A stretch of DNA of 32,000 bases, from positions 2,291,336 to 2,323,335 of the forward strand of contig NZ_CP142850.1 in the NCBI RefSeq assembly GCF_036287235.1, in the 5' to 3' direction. Positions 9,661 to 18,993 of this stretch are shown piece by piece. Made by a program: the position numbers and the translations under genes. Positions within the stretch are counted from its first letter, which is position 1; each line of letters starts with the position of its first letter. The stretch comes from Exiguobacterium sp. 9-2. GTDB taxonomy: Bacteria > Bacillota > Bacilli > Exiguobacteriales > Exiguobacteriaceae. Below the pieces are notes generated by a model, which saw only the letters and a list, made by a program, of their open reading frames with translations, did no database searches and was not told the DNA's origin.

Positions 9661-9686
9661 AAAAAGAGCCCTCATGATGAGAGCTC
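9661..9686 (-). terminator. Terminator for the ytxG-ytxH transcript
   Basis: Reverse strand GGAGCTCTCATCATGAGGGCTCTTTTTC. Confidence 0.75.
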
Positions 9687-9698
9687 CATATTCACTTC

Positions 9699-10235
9699 TT
9701 ATTTCTTATGATTCACATCAGATTGTGGGTCATTGTCTTCCTCTTGCTCTTCCGCCAACTGTTCCCGTAGCTCTGAAAGATCAACGACCGTTTCCGTATC
9801 GATTTCTTCTGCCACGGATGCGCCATCGACTTCGTCCCCAATTTCACGCTCGATGTCACGTACAAGCTGTTCTGCTTCTGCGAGAGCTGCATCGATACTT
9901 GCCTGATCCTTCTCAAAACCAGCGTATTGTGCCGCTTCTTGAACTGTCGAATTATTCTTTGCTTTTTCAATGACAGGTGCTGCTTTGTCTTTTGCCAGTT
10001 GAATCCATTCTCCCACGAGTGGTTCTGCTTTTTCGCGAACAACTTGCGTCTGTTCTGTCAAACGTTGACGTGCAGGAGCCGTACGCTCGTCGATTAAGTC
10101 GCGCATCTCACGACCTGATTTCGGACTAGAAAGGAGAGCTGCCGCGGCACCAATCAATCCACCAACGATGATTCCCGCGAGGAAACCTCCTCCTTTAGAA
10201 GAATCTTGTGTTTGATATGGGTGTTGTTTCGTCAT
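9699..10235 (-). CDS. ytxH: YtxH-domain (general-stress type) protein
   Basis: 'GGGFLAGIIVGGLIGAAAALLSSPKSGREMRDLI' characteristic of YtxH; next to YtxG-like gene. Confidence 0.85.
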   Translation of the reverse strand: MTKQHPYQTQDSSKGGGFLAGIIVGGLIGAAAALLSSPKSGREMRDLIDERTAPARQRLTEQTQVVREKAEPLVGEWIQLAKDKAAPVIEKAKNNSTVQEAAQYAGFEKDQASIDAALAEAEQLVRDIEREIGDEVDGASVAEEIDTETVVDLSELREQLAEEQEEDNDPQSDVNHKK

Positions 10236-10801
10236 GATTTACGATCTCCTTTCAACTCATCTGGAATGCTTTCGACGTCCGGGACGGATACGACTTCCGG
10301 TGTAACCGGTGTCTCTGCTTTTTTCCGGAATCGACGACGTGGTTTTTTCTCGACTGTCGTCGTTGCTGTCGTATGATTTGAAACTGTTGTTTCTGCCGGT
10401 TTATTTTTTTTGAATAATTCTACAGCGACTGAGCCCCAACGGACTGCTTGTGCAATCTGGTCTTTATTCGTATCTGCCGCACCAGCGACAGTATCGGATA
10501 CCGTCCGGACAGAATCTGTTACTTTATTCAAGGACGTACCAAGCTCTTCGATCGAGTTTGCAACAGGTGCAAGCAACTCGGTTTTTTCTTCAATCGTATC
10601 GACAAGACGATTCGTCTTATGTAACAACGCTGTCGTCTCCATCATGATACCGTCCAATTGACGTTCAAGTCCTGCTGTCGTGTTGGCTACATTGTTCAGC
10701 GTCTTACTTGCAGCACTTAGTACACGGGCAAGGAAAATGACGAGTACTACGAATGCGATCGCAGCGACTAATCCGGCGATTCCGCCTAATGTGATTTCCA
10801 T
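10232..10801 (-). CDS. ytxG: DUF948 / YtxG-like membrane protein
   Basis: 'MEITLGGIAGLVAAIAFVVLVIFLARVLSAASKTLNNVANTTAGLERQLDGI'; ATG at 10801 preceded by ttggaggc. Confidence 0.82.
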   Translation of the reverse strand: MEITLGGIAGLVAAIAFVVLVIFLARVLSAASKTLNNVANTTAGLERQLDGIMMETTALLHKTNRLVDTIEEKTELLAPVANSIEELGTSLNKVTDSVRTVSDTVAGAADTNKDQIAQAVRWGSVAVELFKKNKPAETTVSNHTTATTTVEKKPRRRFRKKAETPVTPEVVSVPDVESIPDELKGDRKS

Positions 10802-10939
10802 GGTTCTTGCCTCCAATTTTTTGCGTAGTCTTTTGTTGTTAGTTCGACATGTAGCAAGTCGTTCCTGCTACTCCAAATGGTTTATTTCCGTTACAATGAT
10901 AATTGAAACCTACATCATCCATTTCGAGGGGGAAATTTC

Positions 10940-12052
10940 ATGCGTGACCCACGTCTTACTCAACTGGCAACGAATCTGATCAACTATTCGGTTGCCCTTG
11001 AACCTGGTGAAAAAGTATTGATTGAAAATTTCGGTATCGAACGTGAACTAGTCGAAGCACTCATAGAAGCTGCCTACGCGGCTGGCGGTCATCCGTTCGT
11101 CTTACTTAAGGATAATCGTATCCTACGAAAATTATACCGAAATGCTTCAGAAGAGCAACTCCAATTGATGGCAGACATCGAACGTAAGCAGATGCAGGCG
11201 ATGGATGCATACATCGGATTACGAGCTGGTGATAACATCAATGAACTATCGGATGTACCAGCTGAACAAATGAAACTGTACGGTCAAACGATTGGTAAGA
11301 TGCATACACAGGATCGCGTCAAAGGAACGAAATGGGTCGTCCTTCGCTTCCCGACAGCATCGATGGCTCAACTTGCCAATCAATCGACAGAAGCATTCGA
11401 AGACTTTTACTTCGATGTCTGTACGCTTGATTACGAAAAAATGGGACAAGCGATGGAACCGCTCGTCGATTTGATGAACCGGACGGATCGTGTTCGTCTC
11501 GTCGGACCAGGAACGGACCTTTCGTTCTCGATCAAAGACATCCCAGCAATCAAATGTGCCGGAAATGCCAATATTCCGGACGGTGAAGTCTTTACGGCAC
11601 CCGTTAAAGATTCCGTCAACGGTGTCATCTCATATAACACACCATCTCCGTATCAAGGATTCACGTTTGAAAACGTCAAACTGACGTTCAAAGACGGTAA
11701 AATTGTCGAAGCGACGGCGAACGATACGGATCGTATCAACCAAGTCTTCGATACAGATGCGGGTTCTCGTTTCGTCGGTGAATTTGCGATTGGCGTCAAT
11801 CCCTTTATCCAGCATCCAATGAAGGATATTCTGTTCGATGAGAAAATCGATGGCAGCTTCCACTTCACGCCGGGTCAAGCTTACGAAGAAGCCTACAACG
11901 GTAATGATTCATCCGTTCACTGGGATCTCGTCAATATCCAACGCCCTGATTACGGTGGTGGGGAGATCTGGTTTGACGACGTATTGATCCGTAAAGACGG
12001 TCGTTTCGTCCTTCCTGAACTCGAAGTCCTCAATCCTGAAAACCTGAAATAA
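10940..12052 (+). CDS. M29-family aminopeptidase (AmpS/PepS-like)
   Basis: 'NYSVALEPGEKVLIEN', 'FPTASMAQLANQSTEAFEDFYFDVC', 'FVGEFAIGVNPFIQHPMKDILFDEKIDGSFHFTPGQAYEEA'. Confidence 0.93.
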   Translation: MRDPRLTQLATNLINYSVALEPGEKVLIENFGIERELVEALIEAAYAAGGHPFVLLKDNRILRKLYRNASEEQLQLMADIERKQMQAMDAYIGLRAGDNINELSDVPAEQMKLYGQTIGKMHTQDRVKGTKWVVLRFPTASMAQLANQSTEAFEDFYFDVCTLDYEKMGQAMEPLVDLMNRTDRVRLVGPGTDLSFSIKDIPAIKCAGNANIPDGEVFTAPVKDSVNGVISYNTPSPYQGFTFENVKLTFKDGKIVEATANDTDRINQVFDTDAGSRFVGEFAIGVNPFIQHPMKDILFDEKIDGSFHFTPGQAYEEAYNGNDSSVHWDLVNIQRPDYGGGEIWFDDVLIRKDGRFVLPELEVLNPENLK

Positions 12053-12100
12053 GAAAAAGCGGATGGCTCGTCCTTCATAGGACAGGGGCATCCGTTTTCT
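12053..12100. terminator. Bidirectional terminator between ampS-like gene and dps
   Basis: aaaaagcggatg...cgtccttcataggac...catccgtttt. Confidence 0.75.
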
Positions 12101-12105
12101 ATATC

Positions 12106-12546
12106 TTATTTTTTCAATGTCGCACGAAGCATCCAAATTTGTTTTTCGATTTCCTTCGCTTGACCAAGCAGATCATCTTCCACTGTTACGTCTTGTGCCT
12201 CAAGATGTTCAATCGCATCAAGCATCTCTTTTCGGACTTGTTGGAAGTCTTTAATGACCGAATCGATCATCTCATCTGCTGACAAACCTGATTTTGCTTC
12301 TTCGAGTGTCGTTTGTTCTAAATATTCTTTTAGCGTCGCTGAAGGTGTCCCGTTATTCATCAAGAGACGTTCCGCAACGACATCATACTGCTCAGACACC
12401 CATGTATAGAGTTCTTCAAGCTTCTCGTGAAGCGTCAAGAAGTCTGGACCTTTAATATACCAATGGTAGTTATGGAGCTTAACGAATAGGACCCCATAGT
12501 TTGCGACCTGTTGATTCAAAGCTGATTTTGCATGATTACTGATCAT
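12106..12546 (-). CDS. dps: Dps/ferritin-like DNA-protection protein
   Basis: 'LFVKLHNYHWYIKGPDFLTLHEKLEELYTWVSEQYDVVAERLLMNNGTPSATLKEYLE' Dps signature. Confidence 0.92.
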   Translation of the reverse strand: MISNHAKSALNQQVANYGVLFVKLHNYHWYIKGPDFLTLHEKLEELYTWVSEQYDVVAERLLMNNGTPSATLKEYLEQTTLEEAKSGLSADEMIDSVIKDFQQVRKEMLDAIEHLEAQDVTVEDDLLGQAKEIEKQIWMLRATLKK

Positions 12547-12591
12547 CTGATATTCCCCTTTCCTGATTTCAAATGACGTTCTAATTCATCT

Positions 12592-12617
12592 TTATCCTTA
12601 AATAACAAAGGATAAAC
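12592..12617 (-). promoter_or_regulatory. Candidate sigma-B-like promoter for dps
   Basis: Reverse strand GTTTAT - 14 nt - GGATAA (compare GTTTAA/GGGTAT). Confidence 0.35.
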
Positions 12618-12638
12618 ATCATTTTCAGGAAGATTGGA

Positions 12639-13154
12639 TTATCGCGGACGTTTTAATCCCTTTAGCATATATCCGCCTTTGAAGTCGACGGAATCGAAGG
12701 CAACGAGAAATGCTTTCGGTTCATACTCCTCGACGAGGTTACGGAGCACTTTCATACGTGTTCGTGCCGCAAGGACATCTAATCGGTAACGAACACCGTC
12801 TCGACCTTGTCCTTGATAATGCGTCACACCGAAACCATTATCACGGATGACTTGAATGAGTTCTGCCGGAAATTCTTGTGTGTGTACTTGGATCATATTG
12901 TAACCGATGGCTAGTTTTCGTTCGACATATCCACCAATGAGTATACCAAGTCCGAATCCGAGTGCATAAACGACCATACCAAGTGTCGTTAAGTCTTGGA
13001 ACACGATTCCTAGTGCAAAAATGTAAATCAATGTTTCGACCGTCCCAAAGAGTCCGGCAATGACGGTCCGTCCTTTGACAAGCATGATCGTCCGCAATGT
13101 CAAAACAGGAACGTAAATCAACTGGAGCAATAAGATGAGTAAAATCTGTCCCAT
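12639..13154 (-). CDS. DUF2179 / UPF0316-family membrane protein (YebE-like)
   Basis: 'RTIMLVKGRTVIAGLFGTVETLIYIFALGIV', 'GFGLGILIGGYVERKLAIG', 'DSVDFKGGYM'. Confidence 0.85.
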   Translation of the reverse strand: MGQILLILLLQLIYVPVLTLRTIMLVKGRTVIAGLFGTVETLIYIFALGIVFQDLTTLGMVVYALGFGLGILIGGYVERKLAIGYNMIQVHTQEFPAELIQVIRDNGFGVTHYQGQGRDGVRYRLDVLAARTRMKVLRNLVEEYEPKAFLVAFDSVDFKGGYMLKGLKRPR

Positions 13155-13284
13155 GGTGTCTTTCCTCTCTATAATAACTTCAACACATACACACTATTTC
13201 AAACTTTATTTCAAGATGCAATCCTATTTTAGATTTTCCCTATCAGTTTTTTGATTTTACTATCACAATTCAAATTTACGACAA

Positions 13285-13316
13285 AAAAATGCCACTCTAA
13301 TCGAGTGACACTTTTG
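13285..13316 (-). terminator. Terminator after murC
   Basis: Reverse strand TGTCACTC-GATTA-GAGTGGCATTTTTTT. Confidence 0.8.
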
Positions 13317-13324
13317 GTTCTCAC

Positions 13325-14620
13325 TTATTTTACACTTTGATATTGATGCTGATACGTTTGAATGTCGCCCGCTCCCATGAATAGAAGCACAGCATTTTCA
13401 TGCTGACGTAGGACAGAAACGTTGTCGCGCGTCAGAATAGAAGCTTGCGGAATTTTCTCCTGCAAATCTTCGACTCGAACTTGCCCTTCCTGCTCACGTG
13501 CTGAACCAAAGATTTCACATAGATATGTCGCATCTGCTTCACGTAAAGATGTCGCAAAATCATCCATGAATGATTTCAAGCGTGTGTACGTATGCGGTTG
13601 GAAAATCGCGATGACTTCACGATCCGGATATTTCTTCCGTGCCGACTCGATCGTTGCGCTGATCTCTTTTGGATGGTGTGCGTAGTCGTCTACTAAGATT
13701 TGTGTGCCAAATTCTGACTCACTGAAGCGGCGTTTCACTCCACCGAATGTTGCTAAACGTTCAGCAACGTCTTCTTTACTCAATCCTTCGTACTGACAGA
13801 TCGCAATGACCGATAATGCATTCAAGACATGATGACGACCGAATCCTGGAATCAGGAACGTGCCATAGAAATCATCACGTAAATAGACATCAAACGATGT
13901 GCCGTCTGGCGTTGATGTCGCATTTTCAGCTCGGAAATCATTGTTTTCTCCGAATCCATAATAAAGAACAGGTACATTCGCTTGAATGTTTTGAAGATGT
14001 TCGTCATCTCCACAAGCAACGATTGCTTGCTTGACCTGCATCGCCATCTCTTGAAAAGCCGAAACGACATCATCGATTCCCGTGAAATAATCCGAATGAT
14101 CGAAGTCGATGTTCGTCATGATAGCGTAATCCGGCTTGTAATATAAGAAGTGACGTTTGTATTCACATGCCTCGAAGACGAATGCCTTCGCATCTTCTAC
14201 TCCTGCCCCTGTTCCGTCTCCGATCAAGAAGGCCGTCGGTGTAATACCGCTCAAGACGTGTGAAAGCAAACCTGTCGTCGACGTTTTTCCGTGTGAGCCT
14301 GTAATGGCGACCGAACGATATTCATTTGCTAAGTGTCCTAAGAAATCGTAATAATGATGGATCGTTAAACCAAGTTCATTTGCCCGTGCGATTTCTGGAT
14401 GATCATCTCCAAAGGCATTCCCCTGGATGATGACATAATCTTCTTTGATGTTATCCGCATTGAACGGGAAAAATGGAATTCCCTTAGCCCGTAACGCGTC
14501 TTCAGTAAAAATGTGCTTTTCGATGTCTGAACCTTGTACCTCATGATTCATCTCATGTAGTACTTGGGCGAGCGCACTCATCCCTGTTCCTTTGATTCCA
14601 ACAAAATGATACTTTGTCAT
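13325..14620 (-). CDS. murC: UDP-N-acetylmuramate--L-alanine ligase
   Basis: '[17 protein letters not shown]', '[19 protein letters not shown]', '[10 protein letters not shown]', '[13 protein letters not shown]'; ATG at 14620 with ggaggg RBS. Confidence 0.96.
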   Translation of the reverse strand: MTKYHFVGIKGTGMSALAQVLHEMNHEVQGSDIEKHIFTEDALRAKGIPFFPFNADNIKEDYVIIQGNAFGDDHPEIARANELGLTIHHYYDFLGHLANEYRSVAITGSHGKTSTTGLLSHVLSGITPTAFLIGDGTGAGVEDAKAFVFEACEYKRHFLYYKPDYAIMTNIDFDHSDYFTGIDDVVSAFQEMAMQVKQAIVACGDDEHLQNIQANVPVLYYGFGENNDFRAENATSTPDGTSFDVYLRDDFYGTFLIPGFGRHHVLNALSVIAICQYEGLSKEDVAERLATFGGVKRRFSESEFGTQILVDDYAHHPKEISATIESARKKYPDREVIAIFQPHTYTRLKSFMDDFATSLREADATYLCEIFGSAREQEGQVRVEDLQEKIPQASILTRDNVSVLRQHENAVLLFMGAGDIQTYQHQYQSVK

Positions 14621-14698
14621 ATAAAAGCCCTCCAATTCACGTTCCGGTCCGTACCATCGGGCTCGGGTACAAAACCTGTACCATTATAGCAAACCGAT

Positions 14699-15436
14699 TT
14701 AATTTTTACCATGTAAATTATTTTGCTCTCGACGCGCACGATACATCGCCATCAAGTCTTTTGTCGTCATAACGACATTGACAGGCGGTCCAACCGGCTT
14801 TTTCACTTCCGACTGAACGGGTGCTACTGCTTCCGCTTCAGCAACAGATGGATCCAAAATCGAAGTGACTTCTTCCGATTGTTGCTTCTCTGCTTCTTGA
14901 TCATCAAGAAGTGCCTCGCTCGATGTATCCATCGGAACAGTTTGCTCTTCTACGGTTTCACGTGTAGAAGGCGCTTCACTTACCCGCTCTTTTACAACCG
15001 TTTCTTCTGTTTCAGGTACGGTCGGCAATTCGACTTCGCTTACGTGATCTTGATTGGCTTCAGGTTCCGGTACAAGTAATTCAACGTCCGTCACCGGTAC
15101 AAAGCCAGCATCTGCTTCTGCATTGTCTAAGACAACTTCTTCCGGCGCAACAGCCTCCTGCTCCGTCAAAGTAACCTCATCAGTAATTCCCTGTTCATCT
15201 GCATCTGAAACCTGTTCAACGGTTTTTGTTTCTTCCGCAGCTTCTACCGTTTCAGATACAGATTGTTTCGGACGTTGGAATCCATAAATCGGTGAAGGAA
15301 CATCTGTTAAAACGAAGCGGTCTTCGCGCTCCTCTTTTTTCGGACGCTCTACCGGCTTTGTCTCACGTTCCCCCGCAAGCTCTCGACGAATTCGGGCAGC
15401 CTGCTCCTTTAGTGACTGTTCATAACGATTACTCAT
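14699..15436 (-). CDS. Acidic, low-complexity 245-aa protein at the sftA (ytpS) locus; possible SftA N-terminal/linker-like protein without motor domain
   Basis: Strong RBS (ggagggg) before ATG; flanked by ytpR and murC. Segments 'FVLTDVPSPIYGFQRPK' and 'GPPVNVVMTTKDLMAMYRARRE' surround a Glu/Val/Thr-rich middle. No FtsK Walker motifs. Confidence 0.6.
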   Translation of the reverse strand: MSNRYEQSLKEQAARIRRELAGERETKPVERPKKEEREDRFVLTDVPSPIYGFQRPKQSVSETVEAAEETKTVEQVSDADEQGITDEVTLTEQEAVAPEEVVLDNAEADAGFVPVTDVELLVPEPEANQDHVSEVELPTVPETEETVVKERVSEAPSTRETVEEQTVPMDTSSEALLDDQEAEKQQSEEVTSILDPSVAEAEAVAPVQSEVKKPVGPPVNVVMTTKDLMAMYRARREQNNLHGKN

Positions 15437-15473
15437 ACGTTCACCCCTCCATCTTGTTAAAAAATCGGTCGAA

Positions 15474-16082
15474 TCATCGACCGATTGAGAATGCTTCCCC
15501 TACTGCTGATGTATCATCAAGTACAAGAATCCCTTTTTCTTGTGGCGCATTGGCAAGTCCGAGCTCACGCGCTGAACAGAGCATACCACTTGACGGTACG
15601 CCACGTAATGCTGAAGGACGAATGATTAACCCAGACGGCATGACCGCACCCGGTTTAGCGACGACGACCTTTTGACCCGCTGCTACATTCGGCGCTCCAC
15701 AAACGATTTGTAAAGTTCCGTTATCCACCTCTACCTGACAGACCGATAATTTGTCAGCATCCGGATGCTTCTCACAAGAAGCAACAAACCCGACAACGAA
15801 TTTCGGAGAATAGTCAACTTGTTCGAGTGACAATTCGATATCTCGGTTTGCAAGTTCCTTTTGGATGCGTGCTGCCAATTCTTCCGTCAATTCAACCGGT
15901 CCTTGTGACTCGATCGTAAATGTATTCGACGCCTCAAACAAGTTGTAACCAACAATACGATCACCATGCTTGATTGTTGCTACGTCTCCTTCACGAGTCG
16001 CCGTCACTTCCGCACGTGGTGCGTCTTCTAAAATGATCATTAAGACGTCACCGACGCCCTCTTTATTATAAAACACATTCAT
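15474..16082 (-). CDS. ytpR: YtpR-like protein with tRNA-binding (EMAP/OB-fold) domain
   Basis: '[57 protein letters not shown]'. Confidence 0.92.
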   Translation of the reverse strand: MNVFYNKEGVGDVLMIILEDAPRAEVTATREGDVATIKHGDRIVGYNLFEASNTFTIESQGPVELTEELAARIQKELANRDIELSLEQVDYSPKFVVGFVASCEKHPDADKLSVCQVEVDNGTLQIVCGAPNVAAGQKVVVAKPGAVMPSGLIIRPSALRGVPSSGMLCSARELGLANAPQEKGILVLDDTSAVGEAFSIGR

Positions 16083-16135
16083 TCAATCCATGACTCCCTT
16101 CCGTCTTTCTCACAATGCCTATTGTATCAGATTCT

Positions 16136-16933
16136 TTACTCTTTCGGCTGCTTGTTTTTCGCAAGGACGAAGACCGGTTCAAGATTGCCATCTTCATATA
16201 AGAATGGCAATGCCGTAACAGGTACACGACCGTTCGAGAAGAAATCAAACATGAGTTGTTGTAAGACATCATATCCAGCGTCATTGCGGATATCGGCAAA
16301 AATCAAGACATCCTGGTGTGGAATACCAACAGCGAATTCCCCTTCGATTCGCGCCGCGTAATCAGCTAACAATGTCTTGTTCAAGACACGACTCGCCTCA
16401 TATCCGTCTCCAAGACTCAAGAAATAAAAGATGTTCCCCGCTACTTCATCTTGTTTAAATGGCGCATCGAGCGATTTCAGGTTAAAACGTGCAGCTTCCG
16501 ACAGCTGTTCAGCCGTCCATTCTGCAGATGCCAATAACTCCTCGTCAATCAAACGATATGTCGCCCCTAAATCAAGTGCGTACATGATTTTCGTCTCACC
16601 AGTATGTGGTGTGCTGACAAGCGTTTTTCCTTCTTTTGTCGTATCAGCAAACGATTTAGCCCGAATGACAGGGAATATTTTCTGTTCTTGTCCAACGAGT
16701 GAAATTTGATCCGTTTGTCCGAGTACAGCACGGATGTATTCGATCGTCTCTTCGACTGCGATGACACCTCTTCGTTTTGCTTTTGCGACGAGCGGGTTCA
16801 ATCCGACATCAACGCCTGATTTATCATGCTTCCGCTCAATTCGTAACACGGACTTTTCACGATCGAAATACGTTGTATAACCTTCTTCTTCGAATGTTTG
16901 TGTCATCATTCTTCGGATTTGTTGTAGTTCCAC
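16136..16933 (-). CDS. ytpQ: DUF1444 family protein (YtpQ)
   Basis: 'TYFDREKSVLRIERKHDKSGVDVGLNPLVAKAKRRG'; position between ytpR and ytpP. Confidence 0.85.
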   Translation of the reverse strand: MELQQIRRMMTQTFEEEGYTTYFDREKSVLRIERKHDKSGVDVGLNPLVAKAKRRGVIAVEETIEYIRAVLGQTDQISLVGQEQKIFPVIRAKSFADTTKEGKTLVSTPHTGETKIMYALDLGATYRLIDEELLASAEWTAEQLSEAARFNLKSLDAPFKQDEVAGNIFYFLSLGDGYEASRVLNKTLLADYAARIEGEFAVGIPHQDVLIFADIRNDAGYDVLQQLMFDFFSNGRVPVTALPFLYEDGNLEPVFVLAKNKQPKE

Positions 16934-16986
16934 TTGATTTCATCCTTTCTATCATGAAAAAAAGCGAGTCAGCGCTCGCTTTTTTC

Positions 16987-17295
16987 TTAAACCGTTTCTA
17001 AAAATGCTGTCACTTGTTCTGGTGTCTTCCGCTCTTTGCCGACATAACGCCCTGTTTCTTCACCATCTCGGAACGCGACAAAGCTTGGAATTCCGAAGAT
17101 GTCCATTTCCTGGGCAATTTCAATGTGATCGTCGCGATCGACATAGTAAAATTCGAACGCGTCAAACGTCTGCTCGATTTCCGGCATGAACGGATCTAAA
17201 AAGCGACAATCCGGGCACCAGTTTGCTGAGAATAAAAAGACGGCCTTGCCTTGTTTTGCTGTATCGAATTCTTGTTTGGATTGTAATGTTTTCAT
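16987..17295 (-). CDS. ytpP: Thioredoxin-like protein (YtpP)
   Basis: 'FLFSANWCPDCRFLDPFMPEIEQ' with CPDC active site, 'IFGIPSFVAFRDGEE'. Confidence 0.9.
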   Translation of the reverse strand: MKTLQSKQEFDTAKQGKAVFLFSANWCPDCRFLDPFMPEIEQTFDAFEFYYVDRDDHIEIAQEMDIFGIPSFVAFRDGEETGRYVGKERKTPEQVTAFLETV

Positions 17296-17421
17296 GATGG
17301 TTTCCTCCTTTAATTTCCCTAGAAGTCATTGCCCTCATCATAGCATATTCAAATGTGACTGTGCGTTTTTGTGCTCGGTTTGCTATACTGCAACTAGAAA
17401 ACACCTTGAAAGGACTTCACT

Positions 17422-17712
17422 ATGGCAGATCAACCAATCAAACATCCGTTCGAACGCTTCGTCGGCTTCATCGGCATGACGAGTTGTTTACGTTACGGCT
17501 ATTCCTTCATTGATTCCGAACGGAGCTTACCCGAAATCTTTTTATATTTAGTTGTCGGTTTCGCGGTCATCATTCTACTCGAAGCACTCGGAAAACGACT
17601 TGCTCGGAAATTACCTGTCGTGCGCATGCGTTACTTGATACCCCTCTATCTCGTTTATCTTTACATCTTCTTCACGAGTTTTTATTCGAGTTCATTCGGA
17701 TTCTCTTTATGA
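17422..17712 (+). CDS. Hypothetical small membrane protein
   Basis: 96-aa ORF with two or more hydrophobic helices (LPEIFLYLVVGFAVIILLEALG; YLIPLYLVYLYIFFTSF); followed by an inverted repeat. Confidence 0.65.
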   Translation: MADQPIKHPFERFVGFIGMTSCLRYGYSFIDSERSLPEIFLYLVVGFAVIILLEALGKRLARKLPVVRMRYLIPLYLVYLYIFFTSFYSSSFGFSL

Positions 17713-17718
17713 AATGAA

Positions 17719-17796
17719 AAAAAGCTGATTCAAAAGGCATGTCCTTGTTTATCCACCATTCGATCAAACAGACACATTCTTTAGAATCAGCTTTTT
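17719..17796. terminator. Long-loop inverted repeat between convergent genes, probably a bidirectional terminator
   Basis: 13-bp perfect arms aaaaagctgattc (17719-17731) / gaatcagcttttt (17784-17796), 52-nt loop. Confidence 0.65.
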
Positions 17797-17800
17797 GTAC

Positions 17801-18814
17801 TTAATATTCGATTTTCAAGTCACCATCTTGAATCCGACCGAGTCGAAGTAATAACCGATAGATGAGATAACTGATGATGCCAGGCGCAATAAAACATAAT
17901 ACGATGACGGCTACATAGTATTCCATTTCAAACCCCATCGTCTTCAACAACATCAATGGACCAACAAAACCACTCGTCCCCATGCCTGAGCCTTCTGGGT
18001 TGCTCTCAAGCATCAACAGAACAGTCGCGAATGGCGCTAGGATAGCACCTGCGATCGTAGGCGGAATGAGAATCCAAGGATTGCGGATGATGTTTCCGAC
18101 TTGGAGCATCGATGTGCCGATACTTTGTGCGATGACGCCCCCGATTCCGTTATCACGATAACTGATGACACCAAAACCAATCATTTGAGCGGCACAGCCG
18201 ATCGTCGCAGCACCCGCAGCAAGTCCATCCAATCCAAGCATGATTCCAAGTGCGGCACTTGAAATTGGCGCTGTCAATGCAAGTCCCATCACAGTAGCAA
18301 TGAAGATACCCATGAACAACGGTTCGCGTTCCGTCCCCCAGCGAATTATTTCACCCAGATCGGTCATGCCTTTTCCAATCCATTTCCCGGCATAACGTCC
18401 AGCAACGAATCCAACTAGCAACGTGACGAACGGCGTCAACAGAATATCGAGTCGCGTCATCTTTGACACGAGTTTTCCGATTTCTGTTGCAAGTAGCGTC
18501 GCAATGTAACTACCTGCCGGTCCGCCAGCTTCATATCCAAATGCTCCAACCGCAACTGCTGCAAATAAGATGAGTGGCGGTGCTTCAAGCGCAAACGCTA
18601 CGGCGACACCGATCGCTGGTCCCGTCAGAGCAATCGCCTGCTCGCCTAATTGAATAAGAAACCTTGCTTCGATACCACGATCTACCAACCCTTCTCCGAT
18701 TGTTTGAACAATCAAGCCCATGATCAGCGAACTGAATAAACCAAGCGCCATATAACTTAATACAGTGATGAAATATACTTTAGGGCTAAGTGAAATTCCC
18801 TTTTGCTTGAACAT
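17801..18814 (-). CDS. PTS EIIC-like integral membrane protein
   Basis: 'TGPAIGVAVAFALEAPPLILFAAVAVGAFGYEAGGPAGSYIATLLATEIGKLVSK', 'TAPISSAALGIMLGL', 'GTSGFVGPL'; ATG at 18814 with aaagga RBS. Confidence 0.75.
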   Translation of the reverse strand: MFKQKGISLSPKVYFITVLSYMALGLFSSLIMGLIVQTIGEGLVDRGIEARFLIQLGEQAIALTGPAIGVAVAFALEAPPLILFAAVAVGAFGYEAGGPAGSYIATLLATEIGKLVSKMTRLDILLTPFVTLLVGFVAGRYAGKWIGKGMTDLGEIIRWGTEREPLFMGIFIATVMGLALTAPISSAALGIMLGLDGLAAGAATIGCAAQMIGFGVISYRDNGIGGVIAQSIGTSMLQVGNIIRNPWILIPPTIAGAILAPFATVLLMLESNPEGSGMGTSGFVGPLMLLKTMGFEMEYYVAVIVLCFIAPGIISYLIYRLLLRLGRIQDGDLKIEY

Positions 18815-18929
18815 CTTGTCACGTCCTTTACTCAACATCGCGTATCATTATACCAAATCCACTTTCGATTCGACTAGGCTGTTTTTCCAGCTGACAAGAC
18901 AATCAACATCATTATGTTCTCACTACAAT

Positions 18930-18965
18930 AAAATAGACGACGGATTATAAGTCCGCCGTCTATTT
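18930..18965. terminator. Terminator after the M42 peptidase gene
   Basis: aaatagacgacggattataagtccgccgtctattt. Confidence 0.7.
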
Positions 18966-18993
18966 CATGAGGATGGTCCTCCCCGTTCGTTAT

